A stretch of DNA of 64,000 nucleotides from Desulfuromonadales bacterium (GCA_019429255.1 JAHYIY010000012.1:2505-66504), one strand, 5' to 3'; counted from the first letter of the stretch, positions 27,119 to 38,003 are shown. Translations and numbers: made by a program. The notes: generated by a model from the sequence alone, not told the origin.

Positions 27119-27505
27119 CTATTGCTGGTCGTCCAGCCATTGATGGATTTCCTTCATGGATGCCGGTTTGTGAAATATTTTACAACCAAGATGCTGTGCC
27201 TGCTCATACTCTTCATTCGACCAGCTTCCGGAAATCACTGCTCTGCGGTTGTTCGGCAGCTTGCAGCCGCGATCTTTGATCCACTGGATGAATTCGAGCC
27301 CGCTCATGCCCGGCATCTGATTATCGGTTATCAATGCATCAGCGCAGGCGTCGTCGGAACAGTCACAGTAGCCATTATGGCTTGCAACATAGCTGGTCGG
27401 ATCGGCAAAAGCTGTGACCTTATAATCCCTTTCCCTCAGTATTTCCGTCATCAGATCACGACAAAGGGGATTGTCTTCGAACAGCAATGCAATTTTCGAT
27501 GCCAT
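27119..27505 (-). CDS. Stand-alone response-regulator receiver domain
   Basis: MASKIALLFEDN...ALITDNQMPGMSGLE...AVISGS...FHKP (acidic pocket, Asp, Ser, Lys). RBS GGGAG. The track ORF extension to 27907 shows no similarity to anything. Confidence 0.8.
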   Translation of the reverse strand: MASKIALLFEDNPLCRDLMTEILRERDYKVTAFADPTSYVASHNGYCDCSDDACADALITDNQMPGMSGLEFIQWIKDRGCKLPNNRRAVISGSWSNEEYEQAQHLGCKIFHKPASMKEIHQWLDDQQ

Positions 27506-28019
27506 ATCAGGCTCCCTTGACGACAACAGAATGACTTTCAGCGGCCATTGTAGCGACGATTTCTGAAAAAAATCTGACTGGGAGGAGTTTGTTCCTGTTT
27601 TTATGCAAAAAAATTGAAATTTATGCATGCCAAACTGTGATTTGTTATGGATTTCCTGATAGGATCCCAACTTGTCCGCAGTTCTCAAGCGCAAGGATGT
27701 GAACATGGCGAAACCTTCTTGCAGCTGCACGGGGTCTAGCTGACCGGGCCGCAACGGGTTGGTGAATTGCTCAATGGCGACGAGACATTTTTGCCGGTGC
27801 GTGCCGGCAGCCAGGTCCAATTGGTGAATCTGCAACAGGTGGTTTCGATGTCTCTTTCCGCTGAACTGGAATGTGATCCGCTGTTGACCCTCGGTGAGGA
27901 GCATCAAGTGCGGGTGACCGACTAAAGGCCTGCAGCTTATTCGTATTCATCCACTCCCACCAGCGATGGGAGTGCGGTAGTTGTGGTGATAAATCAGCTT
28001 GATTGCTTAGAGGAAAGAC

Positions 28020-28814
28020 ATGATTTTCTGGTTAATTTACGCGCTGACCGGCGCAGTAGTCGGGGTGTTGGCCGGGCTGTTGGGGATTGGTGGTGGCGTG
28101 GTCATCGTGCCGCTGCTGACCTTCACCTTTGTTGCCCAGCAATTTCCTGAAACCTATATTCTTCATCTGGCCCTGGGAACCTCCCTGGCGACCATTATTG
28201 TTACCTCGATTTCCAGCTTTCGTGCCCACCACGCCCGCGGGTCGGTCAACTGGTCGGCCGTCAAGGGGTTGGCTCCCGGTATTCTGCTGGGGACCTTTAT
28301 GGGAACCTGGGTGGCAGCGCAACTCAGCAGTAAATTTTTAAGCGTGTTTTTTGCCTGTTTTCTCTATTATGTGGCTATTCAGATGTTGCTGAACATTACT
28401 CCGCGCCCCTCACGTAGCCTGCCGGGAAAAGCCGGGATGTTTGGTGTTGGCGGTGTCATTGGTGGCATTTCGAGCCTGGTGGGTATCGGTGGTGGAACCA
28501 TGACGGTGCCATTTCTGGGATGGTGCAACCAACCGATTCACACTGCGGTTGGCACCTCGGCGGCGGTCGGCCTGCCGATCGCCTTTGCCGGTGCCCTGGG
28601 GTATCTGCTTAATGGTCTGTTTGCCAGCGGTTTGCCGGCGGGCAGTCTGGGCTTTGTCTATCTGCCGGCACTGCTTGGCGTTGCTGTGGTGAGCTATTTT
28701 ACGGCGCCCTTCGGGGTTCGGCTGGCTCATGCTTTGCCGGTCGCTCGGCTGAAAAAAATCTTTGCCATTTTTCTGTTGTTGATGGGAACACGCATGGTCC
28801 TGAGTTTTTTTTAA
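28020..28814 (+). CDS. TauE/SafE (TSUP, DUF81) family anion exporter
   Basis: [15 protein letters not shown] and [15 protein letters not shown] internal-repeat motifs; 264 aa. Confidence 0.85.
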   Translation: MIFWLIYALTGAVVGVLAGLLGIGGGVVIVPLLTFTFVAQQFPETYILHLALGTSLATIIVTSISSFRAHHARGSVNWSAVKGLAPGILLGTFMGTWVAAQLSSKFLSVFFACFLYYVAIQMLLNITPRPSRSLPGKAGMFGVGGVIGGISSLVGIGGGTMTVPFLGWCNQPIHTAVGTSAAVGLPIAFAGALGYLLNGLFASGLPAGSLGFVYLPALLGVAVVSYFTAPFGVRLAHALPVARLKKIFAIFLLLMGTRMVLSFF

Positions 28815-28845
28815 AGGGGCGCTTATACATAAAGAGGACTTTTTG

Positions 28846-29712
28846 ATGGAAAACTTCTGGTTTGCGTTTGGTTTGACGGTTTTTGCCGGTCTGGCCACCG
28901 GGGTTGGCAGTTTGATTGCGTTTATGGCAAAACGCACAAATTATCGTTTTTTATCGGTAGCAACAGGATTCTCAGCAGGGGTTATGCTTTATGTTTCCTT
29001 TGTTGAGATCTTTGTCAAAGGGGCCAACGTTTTAACCGAGGCCTATGGTGCCTATTGGGGACACTGGGTCAATACGGCAGGTTTTTTTGGCGGTATGTTG
29101 CTGATTGGCTTGATTGATACCTTAATTCCCTCTGCAGCCAATCCCCACGAAGTTCACTCTGAAGCGGAAGTCAGCCCTCTCAAAGATGAATCGGAACCTA
29201 TGCCGAAACAATTCATCAAGGATCATGGGCTGGGAAATAAAAAACTGCTGCGGATGGGCTTGTTTACTGCGTTGGCTATCACCATTCACAACTTTCCCGA
29301 AGGGCTGGCAACCTTTCTAGCAGCACTTGAGGATCCAGCTCTGGGCGTTGCTATCGCTATTGCCATCGCTTTACACAATATCCCAGAGGGAATCAGTGTT
29401 TCGGTCCCTATTTATTATGCCACCGGCAGTCGCTTCAAAGCCTTCTGGTATTCATTACTTAGCGGTCTTGCTGAGCCCCTGGGAGCCATCATCGGTTATC
29501 TGGGCATCATCTTTTTCTTTGGTGGGACTGACGGCGTGGTGCCACCACAGGTCATGGGGATCCTGTTCAGTGGCGTTGCCGGGATTATGGTTTATATCAG
29601 TCTCGATGAGTTGCTGCCTACCAGCCGGGCTTATGGCAAAGGGCATGACAGTTTGATCGGGCTGGTCGCCGGCATGGTGGTGATGGCCTTGAGTTTATTG
29701 TTGATGATGTAG
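28846..29712 (+). CDS. zupT: ZIP-family zinc transporter ZupT
   Basis: [26 protein letters not shown]...HNFPEGLA...HNIPEGIS motifs. Confidence 0.9.
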   Translation: MENFWFAFGLTVFAGLATGVGSLIAFMAKRTNYRFLSVATGFSAGVMLYVSFVEIFVKGANVLTEAYGAYWGHWVNTAGFFGGMLLIGLIDTLIPSAANPHEVHSEAEVSPLKDESEPMPKQFIKDHGLGNKKLLRMGLFTALAITIHNFPEGLATFLAALEDPALGVAIAIAIALHNIPEGISVSVPIYYATGSRFKAFWYSLLSGLAEPLGAIIGYLGIIFFFGGTDGVVPPQVMGILFSGVAGIMVYISLDELLPTSRAYGKGHDSLIGLVAGMVVMALSLLLMM

Positions 29713-29741
29713 TTTTGTCGACTGATGATTACGGGCCGGCA

Positions 29742-30857
29742 ATGGCAAAAAAACGCGAACTGAGGCACTTACAAAAAGCAGCGACTGGCCACAGGTGGAC
29801 ACTGTGGTGCCTTGTTGTCCTCTTGTGCTTTATGCTGATCGGTTGCGGGGAAATCAACTATTATCGCCAGGCGGTGCTCGGTCAATGGCACCTGCTGGCC
29901 CAACGTCGTGATATTGAAAAACTGATCGCTGCTGAGCAAACACCCGCTGAATTGAAACAGCGCCTGGAGCTGGTGCAGGAGATCCGCGATTTTGCCGGCA
30001 CCGAATTGTTGTTGCCTGACAATCGCAGCTACCGAACCTATGCTGACCTTAAGCGCCCCTATGCGGTCTGGAATGTCGTCGCTGCCCCATCCCTGTCAGT
30101 TGACCCGCTTACCTGGTGTTTTCCCGTGGCCGGCTGCGTGCCCTACCGTGGCTATTTTGATCAAGGGGCGGCCCAGCGGTTTGCCCAGGGTCTGGAAGGA
30201 CAGGGATATGATGTTCATGTCTATGGCGTGGCTGCCTATTCGACCTTGAACTGGTTCGATGATCCGGTGCTCAATACCTTTGTCCATTACCCGGAAGCGC
30301 AGCTGGCCGGGTTGATTTTTCATGAGTTGGCCCATCAGCAGCTATACATTAAGGGTAATGGCAAAAACGACGGGGCGTTTAATGAATCCTTCGCCCAGAT
30401 GGTGGAGCAGGTTGGTGTTGAGCGCTGGTTACTGTCGCGCCGGCAACAGGACAAGATCACTGTCTATCGACAGTATCGCTCACGTCAGCAGGAATTTATC
30501 GAGCTGGTGTTGCAAACCCGTCAGGAACTCGAGAATTTGTACCAAAGTGATCTTGCAGAAGATATCCAGCTTGCGACCAAGAATCAGCTTTTAACTGAAT
30601 TTCACCAGCGCTACGCGACCTTAAAACAACAGTGGGACGGGGATGGGCGTTTTGATGGTTGGGTGGCGCGACCGCTGAATAATTCTCATTTTGCCCTGGT
30701 GGCAACCTATCACACTTATGTGCCGGCTTTTTTTGCCCTGCTCGAACAATCTGCTCGAGACCTGCCGTCATTTTACCAGAAGGCAGCAGAGCTTGCGGCT
30801 TTAGCGCCGACACAGCGCGATGCGATACTGCAAACCCTACTGAACGAAAACGATTGA
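29742..30857 (+). CDS. Predicted Zn-aminopeptidase (DUF2265/PF10023-like), lipoprotein
   Basis: Lipobox MLIGC, INYYRQAVLGQW and the HELAHQ zinc motif. The track ORF begins at TTG 29715. Confidence 0.75.
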   Translation: MAKKRELRHLQKAATGHRWTLWCLVVLLCFMLIGCGEINYYRQAVLGQWHLLAQRRDIEKLIAAEQTPAELKQRLELVQEIRDFAGTELLLPDNRSYRTYADLKRPYAVWNVVAAPSLSVDPLTWCFPVAGCVPYRGYFDQGAAQRFAQGLEGQGYDVHVYGVAAYSTLNWFDDPVLNTFVHYPEAQLAGLIFHELAHQQLYIKGNGKNDGAFNESFAQMVEQVGVERWLLSRRQQDKITVYRQYRSRQQEFIELVLQTRQELENLYQSDLAEDIQLATKNQLLTEFHQRYATLKQQWDGDGRFDGWVARPLNNSHFALVATYHTYVPAFFALLEQSARDLPSFYQKAAELAALAPTQRDAILQTLLNEND

Positions 30858-31138
30858 CAGTGCTGGTGCCGTTCCATTGACCCATTGATGTCAAAAATCC
30901 AGCAGCAAATTCTATCTTGTGTTGACTCTATCGACTTTTCATAAAAATGTGTCTAAATATTGACACATTATCAGCGAATCATTATATTCAGCTATTGGTA
31001 GGGACAATGAAAAGATGTCAGGCACCGATGTTTATTGACCCTGCAAGGCCTGATGCTTTCGCCAAAAGCATCAGGTTGGTGAGCTATTACTGCGGTGAGT
31101 AAATAACCTGTCATCCTCGCGTACTTTAGTCGGGGATC

Positions 31139-31478
31139 CATTCTTTGATGGCGTCGCAAAAACTCACCAACTGCCGCGTTGCTGCGTTTATTTCGCTGCT
31201 TCGACGTACGTAAGTACGCCTCATTGCTCAACAAACGCGCGCCTTGCATTTGGCGCTTTTTGCTTAGCCGGCTAACCGGATACTTTTTGCGAGAGCATCA
31301 TTCTTTAACAGCCTAAAATCTCACTGGATTCCCGCTTTCGCGGGAATGACGATGTGAGTTCAACTTTTAACTGTTTTGTTGCCGAAGCAATAACGTACCT
31401 CGAAGCAGTGAGACGATGGCGACTGTTTTCAGACTGGCGCAGCAGTTGGTGCGTTTTTGCGCCGCCATCAAGGCTTAA
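31139..31478. repeat. Large imperfect inverted repeat (~90-nt arms, ~150-nt spacer)
   Basis: The reverse complement of the left arm (31143-31235) aligns with the right arm (31384-31478). Shared blocks: gagcaat, cgtac, tcgaagcag, gcagttggtgNgtttttgcgNcgccatcaa. The spacer contains the hairpin attcccgc-tttc-gcgggaat. Confidence 0.5.
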
Positions 31479-31502
31479 TAGCCACTGAATGGGACACTAC
31501 CT

Positions 31503-32555
<1,053 letters not shown>

Positions 32556-32631
32556 CTTGTGGCCATTCGGAAACCCTGAATGAACCGGACGCAAGTTTCT
32601 GATTCGAAAAGGAGCCGTTTCCGGACGGACA

Positions 32632-33708
32632 CTAGCTGACTTTCTGGAAGTGCCTGGATACCGTGTTCTGAATCTCGTTGGTGGTGGCCGGGATCACCAG
32701 AATATCCCTGGCGCCATATTTGATCGCCCGCAGCACGGCTGAACGGGTCCACTCTTTTCCGGCAAAAATCAGCGGTGGCAGGGTGCGGTTGGCTGATTGA
32801 AGTTTGATCGCTGCGGCGAACCCCTTTTCACCTATCTGCGCCATCACCAGGAAAATTCCCAGAACCTGATACTGTTGCAGCAGCCCCTTGATATCATCCT
32901 GAAAGCTCGCTACCCGACAGTCGTAGGATGCCGAGGCGAGAATCTCGACAAAGGTCTCGGCGGCACCTTGCTGATCGCTTAAAATCAGTACAATCGGTGG
33001 ACCGGTCGGTGCAGTTTCAGCTGTTGTCGTTGTTGCAGAAGCGGCCGGCGCTGTTTGATCAGTGCCGGTGGCTACTGTCGGGTTCCCCCAGGCGTCAGCA
33101 GCCGGGGCATCCAGATCAAAAAGTTCCGCCGGAAAGACCAGTAACAGGCGGTGAAGCTCGTAGCTGTCCATGCCAATGGTAAAGGACGCCAGGTAATAGC
33201 TGCCTGCGGCAAACGGCTGATTGGAAGAGGAGTCAATCTGGGTTGGAACAATGGTCTGACTTTCGGTGCGGACAAAGCGCAGCTGCTGCGGGTATCCATC
33301 GAGAAAAACCCGGGTTAAGCTGCCGGCCAGAATATTGGCGATCTCTCCATAAGCAGCGGAAACTTCCCCGTCAAACTCTCCTTTTTGCATTTTTACGGCA
33401 ATCTGGTCATCCGGAAGCATAATCAGGGTGCCACCCATGGCAATTGCATCGGGAACCTGGGTCAATAAATACCCCACCCCTTTTTTATCACCACTGACCT
33501 TCATTTGGGTCAGGATCGCCTTGTTCACGCAATGAGAAGAGAAAAGTTCCTCTTTGGTCGTCATTACCAGTTGGGTGTCACTGCACCTGAGAGTTTGGCC
33601 GAGCAGGGCGCCGATTTCGCCCGTCAGGGTGTGCATTCCGGCTTGACAGACTGCATCTATGAGTGCCCTTTGCTTCAAAATAACCTCGCGTTGCGAAGAG
33701 GAGCCCAA
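32632..33708 (-). CDS. CheC/CheX-like domain protein fused to a degenerate receiver domain
   Basis: The N-terminal ~200 aa resemble CheC/CheX/FliY phosphatase folds (..GEIGALLGQTL.., AYGEIANILAGSL). A Thr/Ala/Pro linker follows. The C-terminal REC-like fold lacks the canonical acceptor Asp (VMAQIGEKG). TTG start. Confidence 0.55.
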   Translation of the reverse strand: MGSSSQREVILKQRALIDAVCQAGMHTLTGEIGALLGQTLRCSDTQLVMTTKEELFSSHCVNKAILTQMKVSGDKKGVGYLLTQVPDAIAMGGTLIMLPDDQIAVKMQKGEFDGEVSAAYGEIANILAGSLTRVFLDGYPQQLRFVRTESQTIVPTQIDSSSNQPFAAGSYYLASFTIGMDSYELHRLLLVFPAELFDLDAPAADAWGNPTVATGTDQTAPAASATTTTAETAPTGPPIVLILSDQQGAAETFVEILASASYDCRVASFQDDIKGLLQQYQVLGIFLVMAQIGEKGFAAAIKLQSANRTLPPLIFAGKEWTRSAVLRAIKYGARDILVIPATTNEIQNTVSRHFQKVS

Positions 33709-34026
33709 GGCCAGGTGAGCTGAAACTGCAGCTCAACAAAAAAGCTGACCCTGGCTGGTGGTAAAATGTACGACAACCCGCTGACGGCTTTTCAGGAGCG
33801 GGGATGATCTGGGACTGCCCTGCAAGACCGCCGGCACCGGGGCAGTGGCTAACTACCATGGCAGCAAGACTACCGGTCAGGTTGATCATGGTCGGGGCAT
33901 GACAACCGATCGCCTGTTTGCCGGATTCAAAGGGCGGCTGAGCGGCGCTATCGATGCAGATCATGCAGTTGAAGGTCTCATCGGTTGTTGCTGATATTAG
34001 TTTTAGCAAAATTCACAGTAACTGTT

Positions 34027-34173
34027 CAGCACTGGATCTTCGGATCCTATGACAAGGGACGCGATTGTTTCCCGTTGGGTCATCCATGACCGCTTGTTCT
34101 CGCCGTCCATGGCGACAAACACCCTTGCCACAGGAGCCAAAGGCCCTGCGCAAGGATAGTGCTGAATAGTTAC
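34027..34173 (+). mobile_element. Family-A element, full-length copy (A4), MITE-like with terminal inverted repeats
   Basis: The left end gtaactgttcagcac is the inverted complement of the right end gtgctgaatagttac. The internal halves are also mutually complementary (cctatgacaaggg / cccttgccacagg). Confidence 0.65.
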
Positions 34174-34280
34174 GATTCGCATTGACGTCCTGAACGAATA
34201 GTTATTGCTCGGGGATGGAGGGACCGGCCGGGTCAGAGCTGCGTATAGTCAACAATCAATACCCGGAATTTTTGTTTCAT

Positions 34281-34424
34281 TTACAAATTGCCCTTGTGAT
34301 AGAGCGCCGGTTTTATTTTGTTTCCCGGAATGTCGACAACCTCGCTGACTTTATTAACCACGAGGCCGAACCCGGTTGAATTAACACGGACGACGATAAT
34401 GCCGGTACCGTCATCATCGCCGCG
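34281..34424 (-). pseudogene. CheW-like domain fragment
   Basis: A stop-to-stop frame with no start codon: RGDDDGTGIIVVRVNSTGFGLVVNKVSEVVDIPGNKIKPALYHKGNL. It resembles the C-terminal third of CheW. Confidence 0.4.
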
Positions 34425-34449
34425 TCATACATTGGTATCTCTGCGCTGC

Positions 34450-35700
34450 TTAAGAGTTTTTCAGCGGTGTTATAGCGGGCTTCTTTTTTCGCCGCCGGCG
34501 TTTGCGGCGAAGCGGGAGCTTAGGCGGCGAATCAGCGCCGTTGATAGCTGGATGCCATTCCTGCAACAGCGGCCGGAGATCGGGTCGAACCTCAGTCCAG
34601 AGAGTAAAGAGCTCCATCGCGTTGGCGGTGGCGGGGTGGCGCAAAAATTTCTGTTCGCCACGCTGGCCGCGGCCACGGACCAGCCGAAAACAGCCGAGGA
34701 GCAGGTCGCGCGCCTGGATACGGATGCCGGCGGCGATGCTGAAATAACGGCAGTGGGGTGTCAGAATATCGTTGGCGGATTGTACGGCGGTTGTAATGGC
34801 GGTGCCGCGCTCCGGCGGGCAACTGTCCATAAACAGGCGCAGATAGAGTGCCGCAAGAGCAAAGCTTTCATCGATGGCCGTGCCGCAGCGCGTGCGTGCG
34901 TCGACCTGCGCCAGCATGGCGATTCCTTCGTCGGTACCCGGGTAACCGGCGAGCAGATGCGGAAGCATGCCAAGCTCCCGGCAGTGGCGTAATACCGGAG
35001 CAGCGATGCCGTAACGGAATAGCGCCATGACCTCTTCGCGCACCCGTGCCGGTGCAGCTGTGGCCAGCAGTTCCCGGTGTTCTTCGATGGCTGGGATAAT
35101 GTTGTCGCACAGGTTGAAATCGAGACGGGCAGCAAATTCGATGGCGCGTAACATGCGCACCGGATCTTCGACAAAGCGCACCAGCGGATCACCGATGACG
35201 CGAATCAGCCGTTGCTTAAGATCAGCAAGGCCGCCAATATGATCGACGACGCTGAAATCAGCGATATTATAGAACAGGGCGTTGATGGTAAAATCGCGAC
35301 GATAGGCATCCTCGCACGGGCTGCCAAAAAGGTTCTGGACAAAATGCAGATGATCGCCGGGATCGTCGGGAAGTTCTTCCGGGGAGACCTCGCGGCGAAA
35401 GGTGGCGACCTCGATCAGCTTGTTGCCGGCAAAGCGGATATGGGCGAGGCGAAAACGGCGTCCGACGAGAAAACAGTTACGGAACAGGCGTTTAATCTGG
35501 TTGGGAGTGGCATCGGTGCCGATGTCAAAATCTTTGGGCGTGCGCCCGAGCAGCAGATCACGTACGCTGCCACCCACCAGATAGCTTTTGAAACCGTTCC
35601 GGTGCAATCGGTAAAGCACCTTCAGGCAATCTTCATCGATCTGCTGGCGTGAGATCGGATGCTGGTCGCGTTGGAGAATAATGGGCAGGTCAGGATTCAT
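34450..35700 (-). CDS. pcnB: Poly(A) polymerase I
   Basis: YLVGGSVRDLLLGRTPKDFDIGTDATPNQIKRLFRNCFLVGRRFRLAHIRF, with an Arg/Lys-rich C-terminus. Confidence 0.9.
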   Translation of the reverse strand: MNPDLPIILQRDQHPISRQQIDEDCLKVLYRLHRNGFKSYLVGGSVRDLLLGRTPKDFDIGTDATPNQIKRLFRNCFLVGRRFRLAHIRFAGNKLIEVATFRREVSPEELPDDPGDHLHFVQNLFGSPCEDAYRRDFTINALFYNIADFSVVDHIGGLADLKQRLIRVIGDPLVRFVEDPVRMLRAIEFAARLDFNLCDNIIPAIEEHRELLATAAPARVREEVMALFRYGIAAPVLRHCRELGMLPHLLAGYPGTDEGIAMLAQVDARTRCGTAIDESFALAALYLRLFMDSCPPERGTAITTAVQSANDILTPHCRYFSIAAGIRIQARDLLLGCFRLVRGRGQRGEQKFLRHPATANAMELFTLWTEVRPDLRPLLQEWHPAINGADSPPKLPLRRKRRRRKKKPAITPLKNS

Positions 35701-35837
35701 GTCAGTCCGCTGATAAGAGCTGGTTAGAGTCAGGCGGACTATAGCAATTCAATCAGTGAAAAAAAACCGTTTTGATTGGAAAAACGGCAGTCTTTTTATT
35801 AGCCTGCCGCAATTATCGGACCTATTGGTGAGCAACT

Positions 35838-36749
35838 GTGATAAAAACTTTGGATGCACTGGTTATATTGGGCGCGACTGCCGGCGGTAAAACCGCCCTG
35901 GCAGTGGCAGCGGCACGACATTTCGGTGGTGAGATAATTTCCGCCGATTCACGCCAGGTCTATCGTGGAATGGACCTGGGAACCGGCAAAGATCTTGCTG
36001 AATATGGAGAAATTCCCTATCACCTGATTGATATTGCAGAGGCCGGCAGTGAATACAACCTCTTTCAGTTTCAGCGCGATTGCTACGCGGCAATAACCAC
36101 GATCCGTCAGCGGCGCGCCTTACCGATTATTTGCGGCGGTACCGGCCTCTATCTTGATGCGGTGCTGAAGGGCTATCATCTGGTTGAGGTAGCGGAGAAT
36201 CCGCAACTGCGTGAACAAGTGGCAAGCTTAAGTGATGAACAGTTGCGTCAGCGCTTGCTGGAATTGAAGCCCCGGCAGCACAACCGCACCGACCTTGATG
36301 ATCGTGACCGTCTGGTGCGCGCTTATGAAATTGCCCTTGGCGAAACCACCGCAGCACCAGCCGAACCCTTCGTCTGGCGGCCGCTGGTGTTCGGCTTGCG
36401 CTGGCCGCGTGTGGTTCAGCGCCGCCGCATTGCGGTGCGGCTGAATGAGCGCCTGGAGCAGGGGATGATCGCGGAAGTTGAGGGGCTTTATACTGCTGGC
36501 GTCAGCTGGGAGCAACTGGAATTCTACGGCCTTGAATATCGTTATATCGCGCATTACCTTCAGGGGAAATTGCGCCGTAGCGAAATGGTTCAGCAACTTG
36601 CCGTCGCCATTGGTCAGTTTGCCAAGCGTCAGGAAACCTTCTTCCGGCGGATGGAAAAGCACGGGGTGCAGATCATCTCGCTTGATGCGCAAAAAAATCC
36701 CTTCGCTCAGCTCTGTTCTTATGTTCAACAGTACCGGATCGACCTTTAA
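35838..36749 (+). CDS. miaA: tRNA dimethylallyltransferase
   Basis: ILGATAGGKTALAV...ISADSRQVYRGMDLGTGK; GTG start. Confidence 0.92.
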   Translation: MIKTLDALVILGATAGGKTALAVAAARHFGGEIISADSRQVYRGMDLGTGKDLAEYGEIPYHLIDIAEAGSEYNLFQFQRDCYAAITTIRQRRALPIICGGTGLYLDAVLKGYHLVEVAENPQLREQVASLSDEQLRQRLLELKPRQHNRTDLDDRDRLVRAYEIALGETTAAPAEPFVWRPLVFGLRWPRVVQRRRIAVRLNERLEQGMIAEVEGLYTAGVSWEQLEFYGLEYRYIAHYLQGKLRRSEMVQQLAVAIGQFAKRQETFFRRMEKHGVQIISLDAQKNPFAQLCSYVQQYRIDL

Positions 36750-38003
36750 ATGCAGCGCCAGCTGAAAAAATACCTCGATAATCGTGCTGCCCTGGCTCCC
36801 TGGCGGTTGGCCGGCAGCAGTACGTCAACCGTAGATGCTGCGCTTGTGATTCCGGCACTGGCAGAAGCGGATAGCCTGCCGGCGACCCTCCAATCCCTCG
36901 CAACCAACGATCCTGATCTGCTCAAGCGCACCCTGGTGATCGTGGTGGTTAATCAGCGCCAGGATGTGTCGGCAACCCTGCGGCGTAACAACGAGAGGAC
37001 CCTGTCCTGGTTGGCATCCCAACCCTGCTCACCGCTGCAGTTGAACTGGATCGATGCCGCCAGCACCGCTTTTGAGCTGCCGCCCGGGCAGGGGGTCGGA
37101 CTGGCCCGCAAGATCGGCTTTGATGCGGCATTGGAGCGGCTTAACTGGAACAACGGCCCCTTTTTGATTTCCCTTGATGCCGATACCCTGGTTGATCCTG
37201 ATTATCTCACGGCACTGTTTCGCCACTTTGCTACAGCGCAACAACCTGGTGCCGTGCTGCCCTTTCGCCATCAGGCAGCAACAGATCTGGTCGAGGAAGA
37301 GGCTATCCGCGCTTATGAGCTCTATCTGCGCAGCTACCGGTTCGGGCTTGAAACGGCCGGATCGCCCTATGCCTATCATAGTATTGGCAGCGCCTTTGCC
37401 TGTCGGGCGCAGGGTTATATTGCCGCCGGCGGGATGAACCGGCGGCTGGCCGGTGAGGATTTCTATTTTCTCCAGCAGCTCAACAAGGTCGGCGGGGTTG
37501 CAGCTTTACAGGGAACGCTGGTGCACCCGGCTTCGCGTTGTTCGGAGCGCGTGCCTTTTGGTACCGGGCGCATCGTCGCGCAGTCTCGGCAGGGAACGCG
37601 GCCCGCATACCGCCTGGTTACTGCACAGGCCTTTGCCCAACTGCAAGAGTGGCTGGGGATGGTTGCGGCGCAGCCCAATGGTACGGCTGACGACCTGCTG
37701 AAACGGGCGCAGCAGATTTCAAGGGAGCTTGCCGCCTTTCTCGTTGAGCGCGATTTTTCTACCTCCTGGGTGCGATTGCAGCGAAATCACGCTAGTAGCA
37801 CTCAACGACTGCGTGCCTTTCATCACTGGTTTGACGCTCTGCGCACCCGTCAACTCCTCACCCGTCTGACAGCAGCTGCTGACGACCCAGCCTTGCTGGT
37901 GACAGAATTGCTGGGGTGGGGCGGTTATGAAGGCTGTCATGATGCCGCAGCGCAACTGGCGTTGCTGGAAGCTTTGCAGGGGGTATGCAGGCACAGGGAC
38001 TGA
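36750..38003 (+). CDS. Family-2-like glycosyltransferase
   Basis: ALVIPALAE...VIVVVNQ...LISLDADTL (DxD) GT-A signatures; 417 aa; starts 1 nt after the miaA stop. Confidence 0.6.
   Translation: MQRQLKKYLDNRAALAPWRLAGSSTSTVDAALVIPALAEADSLPATLQSLATNDPDLLKRTLVIVVVNQRQDVSATLRRNNERTLSWLASQPCSPLQLNWIDAASTAFELPPGQGVGLARKIGFDAALERLNWNNGPFLISLDADTLVDPDYLTALFRHFATAQQPGAVLPFRHQAATDLVEEEAIRAYELYLRSYRFGLETAGSPYAYHSIGSAFACRAQGYIAAGGMNRRLAGEDFYFLQQLNKVGGVAALQGTLVHPASRCSERVPFGTGRIVAQSRQGTRPAYRLVTAQAFAQLQEWLGMVAAQPNGTADDLLKRAQQISRELAAFLVERDFSTSWVRLQRNHASSTQRLRAFHHWFDALRTRQLLTRLTAAADDPALLVTELLGWGGYEGCHDAAAQLALLEALQGVCRHRD

Noticed and set aside
27506-27907. N-terminal 134-aa extension of the receiver ORF (track ORF 27119-27907)
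   Set aside because: The extension shows no domain similarity and is low-complexity. The receiver domain begins exactly at an ATG (27505) with a GGGAG RBS.
30992-31249. 85-aa minus-strand ORF (and other short ORFs in 30.9-31.5 kb)
   Set aside because: It lies within the arms of the large inverted repeat. The composition is Arg/Lys-rich, typical of spurious translation of structured repeats, and there is no RBS.
33578-34009. 143-aa ORF as an intact CheX gene
   Set aside because: Only the first ~65 residues look CheX-like. The remainder is dissimilar and overlaps the start of the next gene by 130 nt. Treated as a decayed fragment (see findings).
34100-34173. Family-A repeat core (ccttgcgcagggcc...cctgtggcaagg) as a GEMM / cyclic-dinucleotide riboswitch, or as a sigma54 promoter (TGGCAAGGGTGTTTGT)
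   Set aside because: Only a superficial GCGCAGGGC resemblance to GEMM-I, with none of the other conserved GEMM segments. The TGGCA...TTGT spacing and the -12 GC do not fit sigma54. Terminal inverted repeats and partial copies fit a MITE/REP-type element better.
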